From Dimorphilus gyrociliatus (Eukaryota > Animalia > Annelida): a DNA stretch of 64,000 nt. The stretch covers positions 2,714,504 through 2,778,503 of the forward strand of contig CAJFCJ010000003.1 in the NCBI GenBank assembly GCA_904063045.1. The letters run 5' to 3'. The position numbers and the translations under genes are program-made. This document shows positions 63,689 through 64,000 of this stretch, one piece after another (position 1 is the first letter of the stretch; the number at the start of each line of letters is the position of its first letter). The notes under the pieces were generated by a model, which worked only from the letters and a program-made list of their open reading frames with translations, was not told the origin of the DNA and did no database searches.

Positions 63689-63924
63689 CATGATTAATCC
63701 AACACCATATAAGTAATTTTTCCTTCCTTCTTAAAGAAACACTCGAAGATTATAATAGTAATTCTATATGATTTATATCACTTAGTAACGAATGAAAGAA
63801 AGTCACATTGAGAATAGAATATATAACAATAATAATAAAATACCAAATTTAATTATATTATTTCAATTAATTGGCTTTCTTATTACTATTTAATGCTGCA
63901 ATACTTTCCTTTTTTTTTCGTATT

Positions 63925-63938
63925 CCATCTCTCTCTCC

Positions 63939-63990
<52 letters not shown>
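63925..63990. repeat. (CT)n microsatellite in RAB3 intron
   Basis: Direct read. Confidence 0.93.
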
Positions 63991-63992
<2 letters not shown>

Positions 63993-64000
63993 TTCTCTTT

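Noticed and set aside
1-64000. tRNA, rRNA, snRNA, CRISPR arrays, transposase or reverse transcriptase remnants
   Set aside because: None recognised by eye. A tRNAscan-SE, Infernal or RepeatMasker run would be needed to exclude degenerate copies.

Overview
Eukaryotic, AT-rich, intron-containing animal DNA. Most introns are about 50-80 nt and TA/CT microsatellites are scattered throughout. This suggests a very compact invertebrate genome, probably lophotrochozoan (a Dimorphilus-like annelid is only my guess). Bases 1-13,100 contain no recognisable coding gene, only promoter- or enhancer-like islands and possible 5' exons of a minus-strand gene. From 13.2 kb the window is gene-dense, with 16 genes assembled by eye from GT-AG splice sites. 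In order: OCRL/INPP5B-type inositol 5-phosphatase (-); chromodomain protein with an unrecognised C-terminal domain (-); type I membrane protein with two tandem unrecognised domains (-); two tandem ParB/Sulfiredoxin-fold-like (DNRRL motif) genes with N-acylation motifs (+,+); giant secreted LDLa-EGF(~38)-LamG(x3) eyes-shut-like gene (-) with an intronless FFAR4/GPR120-like GPCR nested antisense in one intron (+); CZIB (+); POLR2D (-); TK2/dNK (+); HDAC8 (-); SLC36-like transporter (+); class V P4-ATPase (ATP10-like) (-); two tandem divergent SOCS-box proteins (-,-); and the 5' part of RAB3 (+). I saw no rRNA, tRNA, CRISPR array or clear transposon. The strongest candidates for something new are the acylated ParB-like pair, the nested invertebrate FFAR4-like receptor and the orphan SOCS-box adaptor pair. 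All gene models and family calls come from manual translation and recalled motifs, not database searches.
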